Source: Eledone cirrhosa (lineage: Eukaryota). Taken from it: 64,000 nucleotides of DNA. The notes below the pieces were generated by a model. It was given only the letters and a program-made list of their open reading frames with translations, did no database searches and was not told the origin of the DNA. Every line of letters begins with the position of its first letter. Position 1 is the first letter of the stretch. Position numbers and translations under genes: made by a program. Below are positions 38,711 to 53,749 of this stretch, piece by piece. The stretch lies in NCBI GenBank assembly GCA_964016885.1, contig OZ024741.1:350114001-350178000 (forward strand), given 5' to 3'.

Positions 38711-41299
38711 GCCACCTCCAGCCCGTCTGCGCATGTCAATCGTGTCCTTGAAGATTATGAACGTGTGTGTGTGGGGGGGGGGGGGGGTTTACAGTAAGCA
38801 CCCTTGACGTAATCCGACACCCAAATTGGAGGGTTTCGAATCTGCACCATTTATCCGAACACAGATACTGGGGCATTCGTTTAGAGTCATCAGAACAACA
38901 AGCAGTCGAGCGATCCCATATGAACGTCTGAATGTCTATGGAATGGTCCGAAACAGTTCCCGTTGAACGCAGTCATATGCCATGTTGAGGTCTACAAAAC
39001 AAGCTCTTGGTATTACTCACCACAGTATGAATATTTGGCTGGCTATGCTGCGTCCGACCGAAAAACCACATCGTCCGCCAGCTAGCTTGAGATCGATAAT
39101 CTCTGTTATCTCTTTGCCAGACACTTATCATAGACTTAACCGGGGAGACTTAGCAAGGAGATCCTTTGTTAATATAACAATGTTGTATTCTGTGTATATC
39201 ACACGTTTTTAGTGTATAGGGCATATAACCATGATCAGAAGCGGTTCAGAGTATCTAGGATTATACAATTGGTTGATTTTTTGTTTATATATAAAGACAT
39301 TTTAAGCGTAACGTGGCTGTTATTTATACTATGGCGAACGATCGTATGAATCAACAATACTGAATGGAGTGGAGCGCACACCCTACAGCGACGGGGCAAT
39401 TTGAATATTTTCCCTTAATTTAAAATTATATCGTTTTAACAGCAAACATGATTTTATATTGTGAGGCACATTAAGTTTTTTGAGGCGTCGCGATGAGGTA
39501 GGAAGCTAAAATGTTTAAGCGCCAATGTTATAAAGGCTCCTGATTTCATTCCAGATGCAGATGGCTTGATGGATTGAAAAATCGTTTTTAACATTTATTT
39601 CTTTATTTATCATATCAGAAGGGAGAGTGTCACCCACCGTTGTAGGTGAGATTGATGTATTCGATGTTTAGATTAAACATGTCTGCAGTGAACACGTGGG
39701 GAAGAGGGGAGATCAAGGGAGGGGGTGCAGAACAAGGCAATGTATATAGTGGGGAGATATTTGAGACGTGGAACACAGAGAGGGTGATAGGAAGAACAAA
39801 CACAGAGGAGTGGTAGGGTGGTAGAGAAAGAGAAATCAGCATTCAAAAGAAGAAGAAGAGGAAGAAGGCAAAGTGAAGGACTACATGATGAATTAATAGG
39901 TGTATGAGTGGTAAACTTAATCCGTCACCGGATTTAACACTACTGCCTGGCACTTGGGTACGTGTTGCAAGCACCTGATCGACCAAGTTCGTGTATGTGG
40001 TTAAGATAGATTCATCACTACACACATACCCACAAGCAAACACAGACTCACACCCCACAGACACACACATACGAAAGCTAAAATCACAGGCTAGGGCTGT
40101 GGATTGGCAGTATCGGTATAGCGTCAGACACCATGCTCTGCAACATAGAGTTATGGCCCTTTATGTTCTAAGTTCAAATCCCGCCAAGGTTAGCTTTGCC
40201 TTTCATCCTTGCGGGGTCGATAAAATAAAGCGCCAGTAATGCACTGGTGTCGATTTAATTGACTTTCCCCTTTCTCCAAATTGCTGGCCTTGTGCCTATA
40301 GTAGAAATTATTATACAGTCATCAGAGTTTAATTTTCTGTGCAGAATTTAAAATAAAAAATAAAAATAGCCTAGAAAACATAAATGAATATCAGTAGAAT
40401 CGATGTGTGTTATACACACCTTGACACAATAATCTATATAAATATTAATTGTTTCTACTTTAGGCACAAGGCCAGCAAATTCCCCAGTACATTACTGGTA
40501 CTTTATTTTATCGACCCCGTAAGGATGAAAGGCAAAGTTAACCTCGGCGGGATTTGAACTCAGACTGATATAAAGCTAATATGTAATCAAAATAAAGATA
40601 ATCAAAATATAGGGTGAATTTCTATAACACAATGAGGCAATTGAGCAGAATATATTATCAACATGTGTATGTGGATGTGTTGGATTTTTTGTGCGCCCTA
40701 CGTTTGTAGACATTGTATGCATCAGAAGGCCCATCTCCTGTCCAACTGGAATACCACACCACAAGATGCCCCCTCCCCCCCACACACACACACAGCAGAC
40801 CTGCTAAATGCTCCGTGAACATATTCCTCTCAATCACCTATCCCCAAACAAAATATTAAACACATCACACTCACATACAGTTGCACACAACAATATTATA
40901 TATTGTTGAAAGCGGTTTTAGCCTTACAAAATCAAATTTTATGCAAGCTAACATTCATACAAGGGTAAGAATTCTACGGTCTCTGTTGGTACCGATCTCT
41001 TCTAAAGGATTAAAGAATTTTTAGAGAATTAGCCCACAACTCAAGTCACACGCATTTTACACACAGATTAGTTCATAAATGAAGTCAACCATATATTACA
41101 CAGCCCTCAACTCCGAAAAATTCAGAACTCGGAAATTGCTTCCCTTGTTCTCGAAAAGGGACTCTCCACTGTATTAAAACAAAATATAGTAGAATAACAG
41201 TCTTTTTTGTAATTTTAGTGTTGGCACCGATGAGAGGCTAGTTTGGAAATGGCTCCTCCATTATACAGTGGTGGCCATAATTTTACTCCGAGACCTGAG

Positions 41300-42200
41300 G
41301 CCGCGTAAACTACAGTAGCCCCAAGTTAGTTCCCTGTCAGCCTCCACTACTTATTAATATCTCCTTTGATAGGATACTATTGGGTGCAGCAGCATGGATT
41401 CTTGCTTTTAAGAAGTCATTAAGTCACTCTCTTAGTTTTTCACTATACCAAAACCACGTATTCTATGGCATATCATTCCATGATCAACTGTATCGAAGGT
41501 CTTAAGTCGAGATATATCACATCCCTGTTTGAGTATTTTAGCAATTGTTTCAACACCCAAGCAGAATGCTGCAAAAGTTATATAAGGCTACCTTTTCTGA
41601 ACGAAAACCATGCTGAATGTCAGCCATTCATTTTCAGTGTAATTCTGATAATTCGATCTATGACTGCTAATATGTCAGTAAGGAGTGCTAGGACTGTCAT
41701 CCTTATCATCTGCTCTGTTTCCGGATTTATTGATAGGACATATGTCTTCCTTTAACATTCAAGGCAGTTTACCACATGGGACGAAACTTTCGAAGTGAAT
41801 CTGCAGTGTTTTTGTTAGGACCGTCTGCATCGTTTTAGGAGGATTTCTGCGAATCCATTTGAGTCAGTAGCTGAATTTAAGATCATGTTTGTCAACAATT
41901 GCTATTGCATCTTTCTCCTTTATGCCAATATGATTAATGATTATCATTTCCCTATGTAAGTCTGTGATATTAAAGAACTCATATCCCATAGGAAATGTCA
42001 AATGATATTAAAGAACTCAATATCCCATAGGAAATGTCAAAACACTTTCAGTATTTTATTTATATTTTAGGGTTCTGCAAACAGTGAGTCAAGTCGTTTT
42101 CTTGGAACAGGGGTCATATCTTATAGTATATTAAAGCAGACTCTTTTGCAAATTTATAGAAGGTTTTAGAGTTTCTTTTTATATAATTTCTTTACAGGGG
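41300..42200 (-). mobile_element. Decayed CR1/L2-like RT fragment
   Basis: KTFDTVDHG and a remnant upstream RT motif near 41480-41720. Confidence 0.55.
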
Positions 42201-42504
42201 TTGCTTCTCTTTCTGCCTTTTCCTTTTTATGGCAGTGTTTTAGTTCATTTTAGATTTAGATTTCTATCTATCTATCTCTATATATATATATAGAGAGAGA
42301 GAGAGGCACATGGCTTAGTGGGGTCCCTATCATTCCACTGCAAAGTGGTCGTGGAGGTGCCACGGCAAAAAAGCACCCAGCACTCACTGTAAATGAGGTT
42401 GGTGTTAGGAAGGGCATCCAGCTGTAGAATTCAAGCCAGAATCAGTTCCCGTCCCACCCTTGCAAGCAGGGAAAAGCGGACGTTAAATGATGATGATGAT
42501 GATG

Positions 42505-42507
42505 ATA

Positions 42508-42561
<54 letters not shown>

Positions 42562-42678
42562 CATATATATACATATACATATATATATACACATATATAT
42601 ATATACATATATATATACACATATATATACATATACATATATATATACACATATATATATATACATATATATATACAC

Positions 42679-42709
<31 letters not shown>

Positions 42710-43060
42710 CATATATATATACACATATATATATATATACATATATATACATATATATATATATACATATACATATATATATATACACATATATATACAC
42801 ATATATATATATACATATATATATACATATATATATACATATATATATATATACACATATATATATACATATATATATACATATATATATACATACACAT
42901 ATATATATACATATATATATACATATATATATACATATATATATATATACATATATATATACATATATATATACATATATATATACATATATATATATAC
43001 ATATGTATATACATATATATATACATATATATATATACATATGTATATATATATATACAT
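42505..43060. repeat. Compound (TA)n/(TATACA)n microsatellite following a SINE B tail
   Basis: Direct reading. Confidence 0.97.
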
Positions 43061-43177
43061 ATTGGTAAACGGAATAGAAAATGCTGACAAATTGTTCACA
43101 GTTTGGTTTAATTAGGAATAAAAGAGTATTAGTGATTGTATGGGTTAGTATTCAGTTGTGGTTTTAAGTTTTTAAGT

Positions 43178-43214
43178 TTTTACCGGTTGCGCATTTCTAA
43201 ATGCTTTTCAAAAA
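43178..43214 (-). ncRNA. Degenerate hammerhead motif (U3-A8; GAAA mutated to GCAA)
   Basis: UUU-UUGAAAA-GCAUU-uaga-AAUGC-GCAAC-CG-GUA-AAA. Confidence 0.5.
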
Positions 43215-43286
43215 TAATTTTGAGATAGAGTGTCCGTGTTGTTTGCTCTGATCTGTGAGAACCACAAACCCTCCATCTCAATTCTA

Positions 43287-43319
43287 CTTTTGAAAAGCAG
43301 AACTGCGAAACCGGTAAAG
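43287..43319 (+). ncRNA. Minimal hammerhead motif, U3-A8 variant
   Basis: CUU-UUGAAAA-GCAG-aa-CUGC-GAAAC-CG-GUA-AAG. Confidence 0.68.
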
Positions 43320-43385
43320 AACCAAATAAATATATATTTAAAAAAAAAAAAATACTCCAGTTGCATTTTCGATTTCATCTTTATT

Positions 43386-43458
<73 letters not shown>

Positions 43459-44591
43459 TGTGTGTGTGTATTTATGTATATTGTATATAAACTTTAAAGA
43501 GTGAGACAAATAGAATTCATCCAAGATTGCACACACACACACACATATATATATATGGGGGTGTGTATGGGTGTAAAGATAGAGGCTGTGTTGAATGAGG
43601 AAGGCAGAGAAGCTGTTAGATAGATAAAAAAGAAAGGGCTACCCCTTAGATCTTTTATGAGGTGTAACATTGTAGACATTATGAGGTGTAACATTGTAGA
43701 ATATATGATGATGTATATTGCATGTGCCACAGCCACCTTCATCATCACTGCTATCCTCATCATTCCCTACACTGTCATTATCATTATCAACATGATTATT
43801 ATTATCATCTTAGAATGGCGGTGGGTTGGCAGTATCGGTAGAGGGTCGGACGCCATGCTTTGCAGCAAAGAGTTATGGCCCTTTATGGTCTGAGTTCAAA
43901 TACCGCGGAGGTTACCTTTGCCTTTCATCCTTACGGGGTCGATAAAATAAAGTACCAGTAATGCACTGGAATAATTGCTGGCCTTGTGCCGAAAGTAGAA
44001 ACAATTATCATCATCTTAGAATCAGTTGATGGCAGAATCGGTAGAATGTTGGATGCAACCATCATCATCATTACTATAACACATATCATCAATACCATCA
44101 TCATCAACACTATAACAAACATACTCACTACAGCCTTCATCATCATCATTATCATCATCATCATTACATTTACCCTTATAATAAAGATCAGCAGCAGCAG
44201 TATGTTGAACATAACTATAACCACAACTCTACTTATTACCAGAGAGTAGCTGAGGTTAAACTACAATCATAGACATCATCTACACCATCTTATTCTTATC
44301 ACCCTTAGCATGCTTATCATCCTTATCATCATTATCCTCATCATCATCATATATCATCATCATCATCATATATCATCATCATAAAATCATCACCACCACC
44401 TGTATCAGATTTGTAACAATGTGTATATTACATTCATTATAAACAGATATTGTAAACATATCTATATAATATTGATATAATCATATATTGCAGACATACT
44501 ATTTTACTATGTTACCTGTTCTAGCACATGTGCTGTGACCATGCTGAATTCTTGTCATCAACATGGCTTTATGATATTAATATATGCATAT

Positions 44592-44990
44592 GGAGGCACA
44601 TGGCTTAGTGGTTAGAGCATTGGCCTTGCAATCGAAAGGTTGTGAGTTCAATTCTCAGACCGGGTGATGTGATGTTTCCTTGAGCAAGACACTTTATTTC
44701 ACATTGCTCCAGTTTACTCAGCTGTAGAAATGAGATGATAGGGACTGGGGTCCCTATCATTCCACTGCAAAGTGGTTGTGGATGTGTCATGGCAAAAAAA
44801 AGCACCCTGCCCACACTGTAAAATGGACGTGTAGGCGCCACGGAAAAAAAGCACCCAGCACTCACTGTAAATGAGGTTGGTGTTAGGAAGGGCATCCAGC
44901 TGTAGAAATCAAGCCAGAATCAGTTCCTGACCCACCCTTGCAAGCAGGGAAAAAGCGGACGTAAAATGATGAAGATGATGATGATGATAT
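44592..44990 (+). mobile_element. tRNA-derived SINE family B (CORE-like block, (GAT)n tail)
   Basis: tggcttagtggttagagc A-box, gagttcaattc B-box, ccttgagcaagacacttt, aggaagggcatccagctg, tail gatgatg. Other copies at 52371-52710, 42304-42505 (internally deleted), 51167-51510 (different 3' half); tail fragments at 53575-53710 and 54680-54850. Confidence 0.88.
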
Positions 44991-46439
44991 ACTCTAGTTA
45001 TTTTTATTGGACATGATAAGAAGAAGTTATTTATATAATACTCGTATCATATTTTAGCTTTCTATGTAATATGCACAGGCTTCCTTCAGAGGATGAATGA
45101 CTCAGTCTTTGTAGCACTGATTTTCATTTCTGCTGTGCAACAATTGGCAGCAAACCTATCAAGTGTATATCAGAAAATCCTTTCTGCCGAGTTAAGTAAT
45201 TCATGGTCATCTGCAAATTCCAGCCAACTGATCCTACACCCACTAGTCCTGATATCATTTCCAACCCAACTGTTCATGTCAATCCTGTTCATGAAGATTA
45301 TGAACAGGAGGGTGACAGTAAGCTTGCTTGGAGGAGTCTGATAACCACATTAAATGGTTTTGACTTATCTGAACACAAATACTATAGGGCATACCTATAG
45401 AAACATCGGGCCAACAAAAAGCTGTCCCATATGGACATGTGGTCAGAATATCCAAGGAAAGGATTCTGGACAGATTTTACAAGCAAACTCAGCTGGCAAG
45501 AGACACAGAGGTAGACCTTGAGTAAGATGGATGGATATATATGTATATTATATATTTGAAAAAGACATATATTAAATACATTCACACTAAAAGACACAAA
45601 CACATACATATATATAAAAAGGTCTGAATGTAATATCCTAGATGTTTCATATGAAGAAAACATCTTGGTCTAGCAAAGGAATGGGCAACCTTTTTTACAT
45701 TAATCAGTTGCCATCTTCCAGTCCAGATATAGGCAACCTTTTTCGAGCAGTGAGTAACATAGGATATAGCTCATGATAAGGTGAACTGCACTACTAAAAA
45801 TTTCATGGCAATTTTGAAATTAAGCATGCTATTCAGAAAGCCAAATGTACTGAATACGGCTCACGGGCCATAATTTGTCCATGACTGAAATAAAGAGAGA
45901 GTTTATTCTAAATTATGAAATAATTGTTTCTACTTTTTGGCACAAGGCCAGCAATTATCTCAGTGCATTACTGGTGCTTTATTTTATCGACACCGTAAGG
46001 GTGAAACTTAAAGTTAAGCTCGACAGGATTTGAACTCAGAATGTAAAGGGCCGTGACTCTATGCTGCAAAGCATGGCGTCCGACCCACTACCGATACTGC
46101 CCATTCACCACTGTAACTATTAAATATTAAAATAATTATTTCTACTTTTGGCACAAGGCCAGCAATTACCCAGTGCATTACTGGTACTTTATTTTATCGA
46201 CCCCATAAGGATGAAATGCAAAGTTAACCTCGACGGGATTTGAACTCAGAATGGCAAGGGCCGTAACTCAATGCTGCAAAGCAGGGTGTCCGACCCTCTA
46301 CCGATGCTGCCAATCCAATTAAAATAATGTTTAATAGTTACATCATGTAACTTGAAGAGATCATATCAAGTATTCATTACTCTGCCATGCTGTGACATTC
46401 AGATATCATAACTTTTAACTTGCCCCCCATAAAAAGCAT

Positions 46440-46998
46440 ATATGTATGGATGGGCTCTCCCATTGTAAACGACAAATGAGGATTCAGCAAATATATGTTA
46501 TGACTTCTCATGTGTATAAAAGGCACACATGATGTCAAGGTACACCTGTTGATTTAGCAAACAACTAGCACAAATGGTTTCTTTAAAGTGGTCAGTTTTC
46601 TGTGCCATACAACACACTCTCTCCATTAGAGTATCAAGTACTGTACTGGTACAGGGGTTGCCACATGTAATATGATGCCATAAATGCAGGCTTTTGGAAT
46701 AAGTTCTGAATCACCTAGACTGTTTGTCTTACTGAAACTACAGACACCAACCCATCCTATCGAGCACAAAATAAAACATATATATACATAAAATATATAA
46801 ATATGTAAACCATATGAGTGGACTCTTCTGAGTTCTTCTGCCCTTTCTTGGGTTTTGTTTTTCATCCGACATTGTGTCAAAACACACCCCACTCACCAAC
46901 CAACTTGTTGGGGTTGCCGATTTAGTTGTCAATGACCCTATTATATAATGCATAGTACTCAGCTACACATTACCAGTAGTGGTCGAGAATGACCTGAT
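46440..46998 (-). mobile_element. Short RTE-related non-autonomous element with the conserved 5' leader
   Basis: 46840-46997 is colinear with 17220-17378 (caggtca, tactggtaa, actaaa, ggcaacccca, ttggtgag, aaaacaaaacc). Confidence 0.65.
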
Positions 46999-47151
46999 GT
47001 GTGTGTGTATATATATATATATATCATCATCATCATTTTACGTCCACTTTTCCCTGTTTGCAAGGGTTGGACAGGTCCTATTCAGCACAGCATCTCTCTA
47101 CTTATCACGGTCCTTTGTCATGTATATTATTTCCTAGTTTAGTTAACTTTA

Positions 47152-47205
<54 letters not shown>

Positions 47206-47454
47206 TATATCATCATCATCATCATATTCCATGCTGGCATGGGTTAGACGGGTTGACTCGTTTAAGGCAAGTTGTATCAGGTGAGCATGTCTTTCTCATA
47301 CAACACTGTTTCTAACTTGGTGTCTATGGCTGGATGCCCTTCCTAATGCCAATATATATATATATGAATATATACACACATATATATGTATATATATATA
47401 CATATATATATATCCATATATATATATATATGTGTGTGTGTGTGCATATGTATG

Positions 47455-47488
<34 letters not shown>

Positions 47489-47984
47489 CACATGCACACA
47501 TACATATATGATTGTGTGTGGTTGTTTGGGTGTGCAATTCAGGTAGGTGGGGATGTACTGAATCACATATGCAAAATATTATCACTGAATATAAATTTTC
47601 CTCTTAGCTGGAGAAAGGAAGCAAGCATGTAGTAGCAATTGTTGGTGACATTTAATGAAATTTCATGGCATTGGCTAACTTGAGTTATTTCCCTTTGCTC
47701 TCCTTTTGTATATACTTATATATGCAGGCACTCATTTGTCTCATAAGATATGTGAATATTACTGTTATATGTGGAGTGTTGAGTAGAGATGAAGAGACAG
47801 AAGCATTGATCAGGTTAATTTAAGTGAATTAACTCATTCAAAGTGTTAGTGCAAAGTCAATGATGTGATATGACTTTTACTGCTATGATCCTAAAGCAAG
47901 CTGTTAAACATATTAGATCAAGCAAGTGCTGGTCCTTTGTGAATTGAACAGGTGTATACACAGGTGTGCTACCATGTGTGTGCG

Positions 47985-48037
<53 letters not shown>

Positions 48038-48500
48038 TATAAAGAATCAGGACCCCAGTGGGGTCAATATGTACATATATATATATATATATGTGTGTGT
48101 GTGTATATATATATATATACATACATACACACAAACATACATATATATATTTATTGATATATATATATAGGTTATGTTAATAAAATAATATAATTGCAAA
48201 TGTAATAATATACATTATCTGTTTAATATTTAAATAAACATACATACAAAAAAAAATAGTAAATTTATAATAGAAAATATGAACACATACAATACAATCC
48301 TATCTATTTTTTTTTTTTCAATAATAAAATGTTCAAGGGCTGGGGATTGGTAGTATTGGTAGTGTTGGATACAATGCCATTGTGGTATTTGTTCTGGCTC
48401 TGGTATAATCTGTGTTCAAATCCCAACAAGGTCAACTTAGTATTTCATACATCTGTGGTTGATAAAACAAAGTACCAGACAAGTATCTGTGTTGGTTTAA

Positions 48501-48702
48501 CCCTTTAGCATTTTCATTACTCTATATATACTATTGTATTTTTGTGGTAAACACTTTATCTCACATAATTATCTCAAATAATACTGAATTTATGAGATTT
48601 TGATGATATTTATTTTGAGCATAATAACTTAATATCAGTATGAGTGACCAGAAAGCGGTGAGAGAATTCTAGCCGGGTATTGCCAGTTTAAATGCTAAAG
48701 TG
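48501..48702. mobile_element. piggyBac-type MITE inserted in a SINE A copy
   Basis: TTAA flanks at 48497-48500 and 48703-48706; TIRs ccctttagcattt / aaatgctaaagtg. Confidence 0.82.
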
Positions 48703-50439
48703 TTAATCAACTTAGCCTTTCCCCAAAATTTGCTGGCCTTGTGACTTAATTATAAATCAATAATAAAATATTCATACATGTATTCATTTGAGATCACTTG
48801 CAATAATTAATGTTTACAATTGAATCAATATTTTAAAAATCACTTTTCAAGAAGATATAATATCCTACAAACTACAAGAAGATATAATATCCTACAAATA
48901 GATAGGAAATATAATGCACTAGCATATCATCAGCAAAGAGATTTTGCATCAGAAAATATATAATAATTCTTTCTACGACAGAAACAATTTTAGAAGCTTT
49001 ATAGGAATAATTATTCAATTATATGAATGCTGGTACTTGAGCACAATGTCATGCAGAGAGATGAGCAGGGACTATGATGGCCATGGACACTGATATCAAA
49101 GCAGGTTGTTGGGTATCCAACCAAAATGTAAACAAGGTTCTCCATTCAATAGGACTACTGATTGCAATGCCCTCTTAGATTTCTGAAGCACTAATCCAAA
49201 AGCTGCTCTTAGTTTTCTTTCCCGATAAAAAGGCTTAGAAATTTATTAACTCAAAATCTTATGTGGCAGATTTATATTAATTTAATTTGAAGTGTTTCTT
49301 TATGATTCATCTGTTTTTACATATGTTTTTCTTGTCTGCATTTCTCACTAGAAGAAAATTAATTTTAGAGGCATACAATCCAGGAGTTGGTCCCAGACAT
49401 CAATTAATTTGACTGGTATTATACCCCAGAAGCATGATGTAAGGCAAAGTTGACCTCAGCAAGATGTGTACTCAGAATATAGATATTCAGAACAAATAAT
49501 GTTTTACTTTTTTTATGCACAAGGCCAACAATCTTTGGCGGAGTGGAAAGTCGAATAAATCAACCCCAGTGCATTACTGGTGCTTTATTTTATTGACCTC
49601 ATTAGGATGAAAGGCAAAACTAGCCTCAGCAGGATTTGAACTCAGAACATAACAGGCTGTAATGATATGCCATAAAGCATATTGTTCAGCATTCTACCAA
49701 TACTACCAATCCACTGCCCTTATAGAATATAGAAAGTTAGAACAAATAATAAAAGGCATTTTTTCCAGCACACTAATGATTCTGCCAATGGTCATACATT
49801 CAGATATAATAGTAATTTCATGCTTCAGCACAGAAACAAATATTATAGTACCAAAAAATAAAAATAAATACATAAAGAGTGAGATTTTAATAAAAATGTA
49901 AAAGAATAATCTATGTATGATAAGTATTACAAATAACCAATTCTAAAAATTAGACAAGGTATTCAGTTTTATTATTTTTATGTAGTAGGAAACTCTATAG
50001 CTCTACAGTGAATCACCAGCTGCTTACAAATATATAAAACTAAATATGAAATGTAAAAGTTCTATATATATGTATATGCCATCATCATTATATATATATA
50101 TGTCTGTGTGTGAGTGTGTTTATATATATATGAGAATAATTGAAATTGGAAATATCCATTACTCTTTTATCAAGGTGCGTTAAAGTTTGATGTGTTATTA
50201 TCACAAAATCCAGAGTGTAATCTGTGGTGTATGTTGCTGGTATTTGAAGATGGTGAAAATAATAGAACATAAATTTTTCAAGTAACAAAAGTCTTTGTTC
50301 AGTTAGCCTTTGGTTATTTATAATAATGAAATTATTGTGTACAGTGCTCAGGTGCACTACAACTCATCAAAGGTGCATGTATAGTACATAGAATAATGTA
50401 CAAATGTCAGGAAAGTGAACAGCATATGTGTCATGAAAT

Positions 50440-50760
50440 ACATGTGTGCATGTGTATGGAATATGGATATCAGGTGTAGTGTTGGCAAATTTCAGGAAGC
50501 ATGGAGGTTTTAAAGGATACAGTGTTTCGGCAGCTAACAACTGATACAGATAGTTTGTTCCATGCTTCAGCAACTCTAAGCATGAAAAAAAAATTTCAAA
50601 AAGTCATGGGAGCTGTGTTGTTTTCTAACTTTGTAGGCATGCCCTCTGAAATGAATATGCATTAGGCAAACTCTTTTATAGCCTTTGGAATGGGATGGCA
50701 TAAAACTAGACACCAAAATACAGGTTGATAAAGCTGTTGTACTGACCACACTCTTATATG
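50440..50760 (-). mobile_element. CR1-like LINE 3' fragment
   Basis: RGHAYKV...FFF..RVAEAWNKL...VV motif. Confidence 0.75.
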
Positions 50761-50946
50761 GCACAGAATCTTAGACTCCATATACCAACATAAAAGTTGT
50801 CTTCTATATATATCATGATCATTGTTTTAGGCTTGCTCTTCCATACTGACATGGGTTGGACAGGTTTTCTAACATCAAGCCTTTACCTCTTGTAATAGAA
50901 TGTATCTATTTAAAAAATTGTGATACACAGAGTAAAGATAAATACA

Positions 50947-50980
<34 letters not shown>

Positions 50981-53315
50981 CATCATCATCACCATCATCA
51001 TTTTACGTCCGCTTTTCCCTGCTTGCAAGGATGAGACAGGTCCTATTCAGCATCTCTCCACTTGTCACAGTCCTTCTTCATCTCCTCCGCGAGCTTCAAC
51101 GATCTGAGGTCTGCTCTCACCACCTCCACCATGTTTTTCGTGGTCTTCCACTACTATATATATATGGTGGAGGCATATGACTTTATGATTGGAACACAAC
51201 ACTGGGCTTGCAATCATGAGATTGTGAGTTCGATTCTCAGACCGGGTGATGCGTTGTGACCTTGAACAAGACACTTTATTTTTACGTTGTTCGAGCTTAC
51301 ACAGCTGTAGAAATGAGTTGTGATGTCACTGGGGCCAAGCTGTATCGGACATTGCCTTTCCCTGGTGTTGCCATCCGTGGTGTTGAAAGGGGAGACTGGT
51401 ATGCTTGGGTGACTGGTGGTCTTCCACAAAAAAACCTTGCCTGGACTTGTATCTTAGAGGAGAACTTTCTAGGTGCAAATCCCATGGTCATTCGTGACTG
51501 TTGAGGGTCTTTAATTTTATGTATATATTTTATGTAATATATGTATATATATATATATATCCATATGTGGTTGACGGCTGAGAGAAAAGAGTACTTAATA
51601 AGAAATCAGAGTTTCAATATTCATTTATATTAAGGCTAAAAAGTGAGTCTTCTTACTCTGGAGTTTTGCCTATATATATGGAAGAGTTTGCCAAATATAC
51701 ATATACACATATATATATACATATATAAAGGAGTTTGCCAAATATATATATATAACAACAACACCCAAACAAACAATACTGACCTAAGAGAAATATAAAT
51801 AAATATATACACAAGCACAATAACAACAAACACATATAAACACACACTAGTAAACTAAGATAGAATACAATAACCAAAACACAGTCACCCAAACACACAC
51901 CAAACACTATACACACACGCAAACGCATGTGCAGAGAAGAAGACAAAAATAGATAAATAAATAAATAAATAGATTAAATAAAGATGGCGTAGATATACAA
52001 TATAACAGGAGTAACATAATTGTTTCTAGTTTTGGCACAAGGCCAGCAATTACCCAGTGTATTACTGGTACTTTATTTTATCAACCCCATAATAGCACCA
52101 CTGACGATGTTGCAGATGTGCAACGAAAGAATTTGTTAGACTATATATATGTGTTTGTGTCTATATTATATCTGTATTTTTTTGCCTTTGGTCACTCAAT
52201 GGTAAACATTAAGGACCGAATAAATTAACTGATATAAAAGATACAAAAGTGAAAACCAACCAAACAGTGAGTGTGTTCTGTTATTAATTCTGGTAATATT
52301 ATTACAACAATATGACCCTCCCCAAATATATACATATATACATATATATATACATATATATACATATACATGGAGGCACATGGCTTAGTGGTTAGAGCAT
52401 TGGCTTTGCAATCGAAAGGTTGTGAGTTCAATTCTCAGACCGGGTGATGTGTTGTTTCCTTGAGCAAGACACTTTATTTCATATTGCTCCAGTCCACTCA
52501 GCTGTAGAAATGAGATGATAGGGACTCGGGTCCCTATCATTCCACTGCAAAGTGGTCGTGGAGGTGCCACAACAAAAAAGCACCCAGCACTCACTGTAAA
52601 TGAGGTTGGTGTTAGGAAGGGCCTCCAGCTGTAGAAATCAAGCCAGAGTCAGTTCCTGTCCCACCCTTGTAAGTAGGGAAAAGCGGACGTAAATTGAAAT
52701 GATGATGAATGATACATATCTAATGAGTGTCTGTATGTGTAAGTGAGTACATGCACAAACTCAAATCCAGTTTGTCAGCTAATGAGATTATGTTGACATA
52801 ATGGAATTTTTAGTAGTGTGTGTTTGTCATGTATATTCATTTGTGCAAATAGACTTGTGTGTGAGTCTGCCATTATCCCAATTCTTGACTTTTACCTTGA
52901 TAACTTTTACCAAATTTATGGAATATTCTAGAAGTTCCTAAAATACCACACAAAAGTTACTATAAGGGGATTATTGTTATTATTTTTATTTTATTATATA
53001 TTTTACTGTAACTTGTTTGTAAATTGCAAAAATGCCAGGGTTGTTTTTTTTCTGTGGTTTTTAAAGCATAATTAACATATGGGTTTTATAACGATGATAG
53101 GGGGGGTGGTCATATGTTTTCATGTGTATGTGTGGATATCTGTATTTCAGGGAGTGTAGGTGGTATGGATTATTAGTGTGTCTCTGTGGGAGTTATGGGT
53201 GGAGGAACATGTCTGTGTCTCAGTGAATATGATTGCAGTGTTGTGTGATTGGGCATGTGTATGTGTCTGAGAGTCTGTGTATGTGTGTAACTATATATAT
53301 ATGTATATATATATA

Positions 53316-53392
<77 letters not shown>

Positions 53393-53708
53393 ATGTAAGT
53401 GGTAAAAGCCAGTTAGACCATTACTCATCAGAATACTTGATATTTGGGGTTGTAGAGTGGGTAATATGAAAAATTTGGGACCCCAATGACTGAGCTTTTG
53501 CCATTAGATCAGATCTAGCTGTAGAAATGGCAGGAGCTCAGCTGTCGGGATTCCAAATGTATATATATATATAAGGGCATCCAGCCGTAGAAAACCCGCC
53601 AGACAGTCCTCAGCAAGACAACCAATCTTGCCTCAAGTGGAACAATTCCCATCCAGACCCATGCTAGCGTGGAAAATGGACGTTAAACGATGATGATGAT
53701 GATGATGA

Positions 53709-53749
<41 letters not shown>

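Noticed and set aside
38830-38895. CUGAUGA...GAAAC on the minus strand
   Set aside because: No stem II closure and no NUH or stem I pairing.
44592-44665. tRNA gene
   Set aside because: A and B boxes are present but run into a multi-copy SINE body with no proper acceptor stem.
48847-48898. Short tandem duplications (also near 12038, 41968, 43661, 55925)
   Set aside because: Ordinary 20-35 bp slippage duplications.
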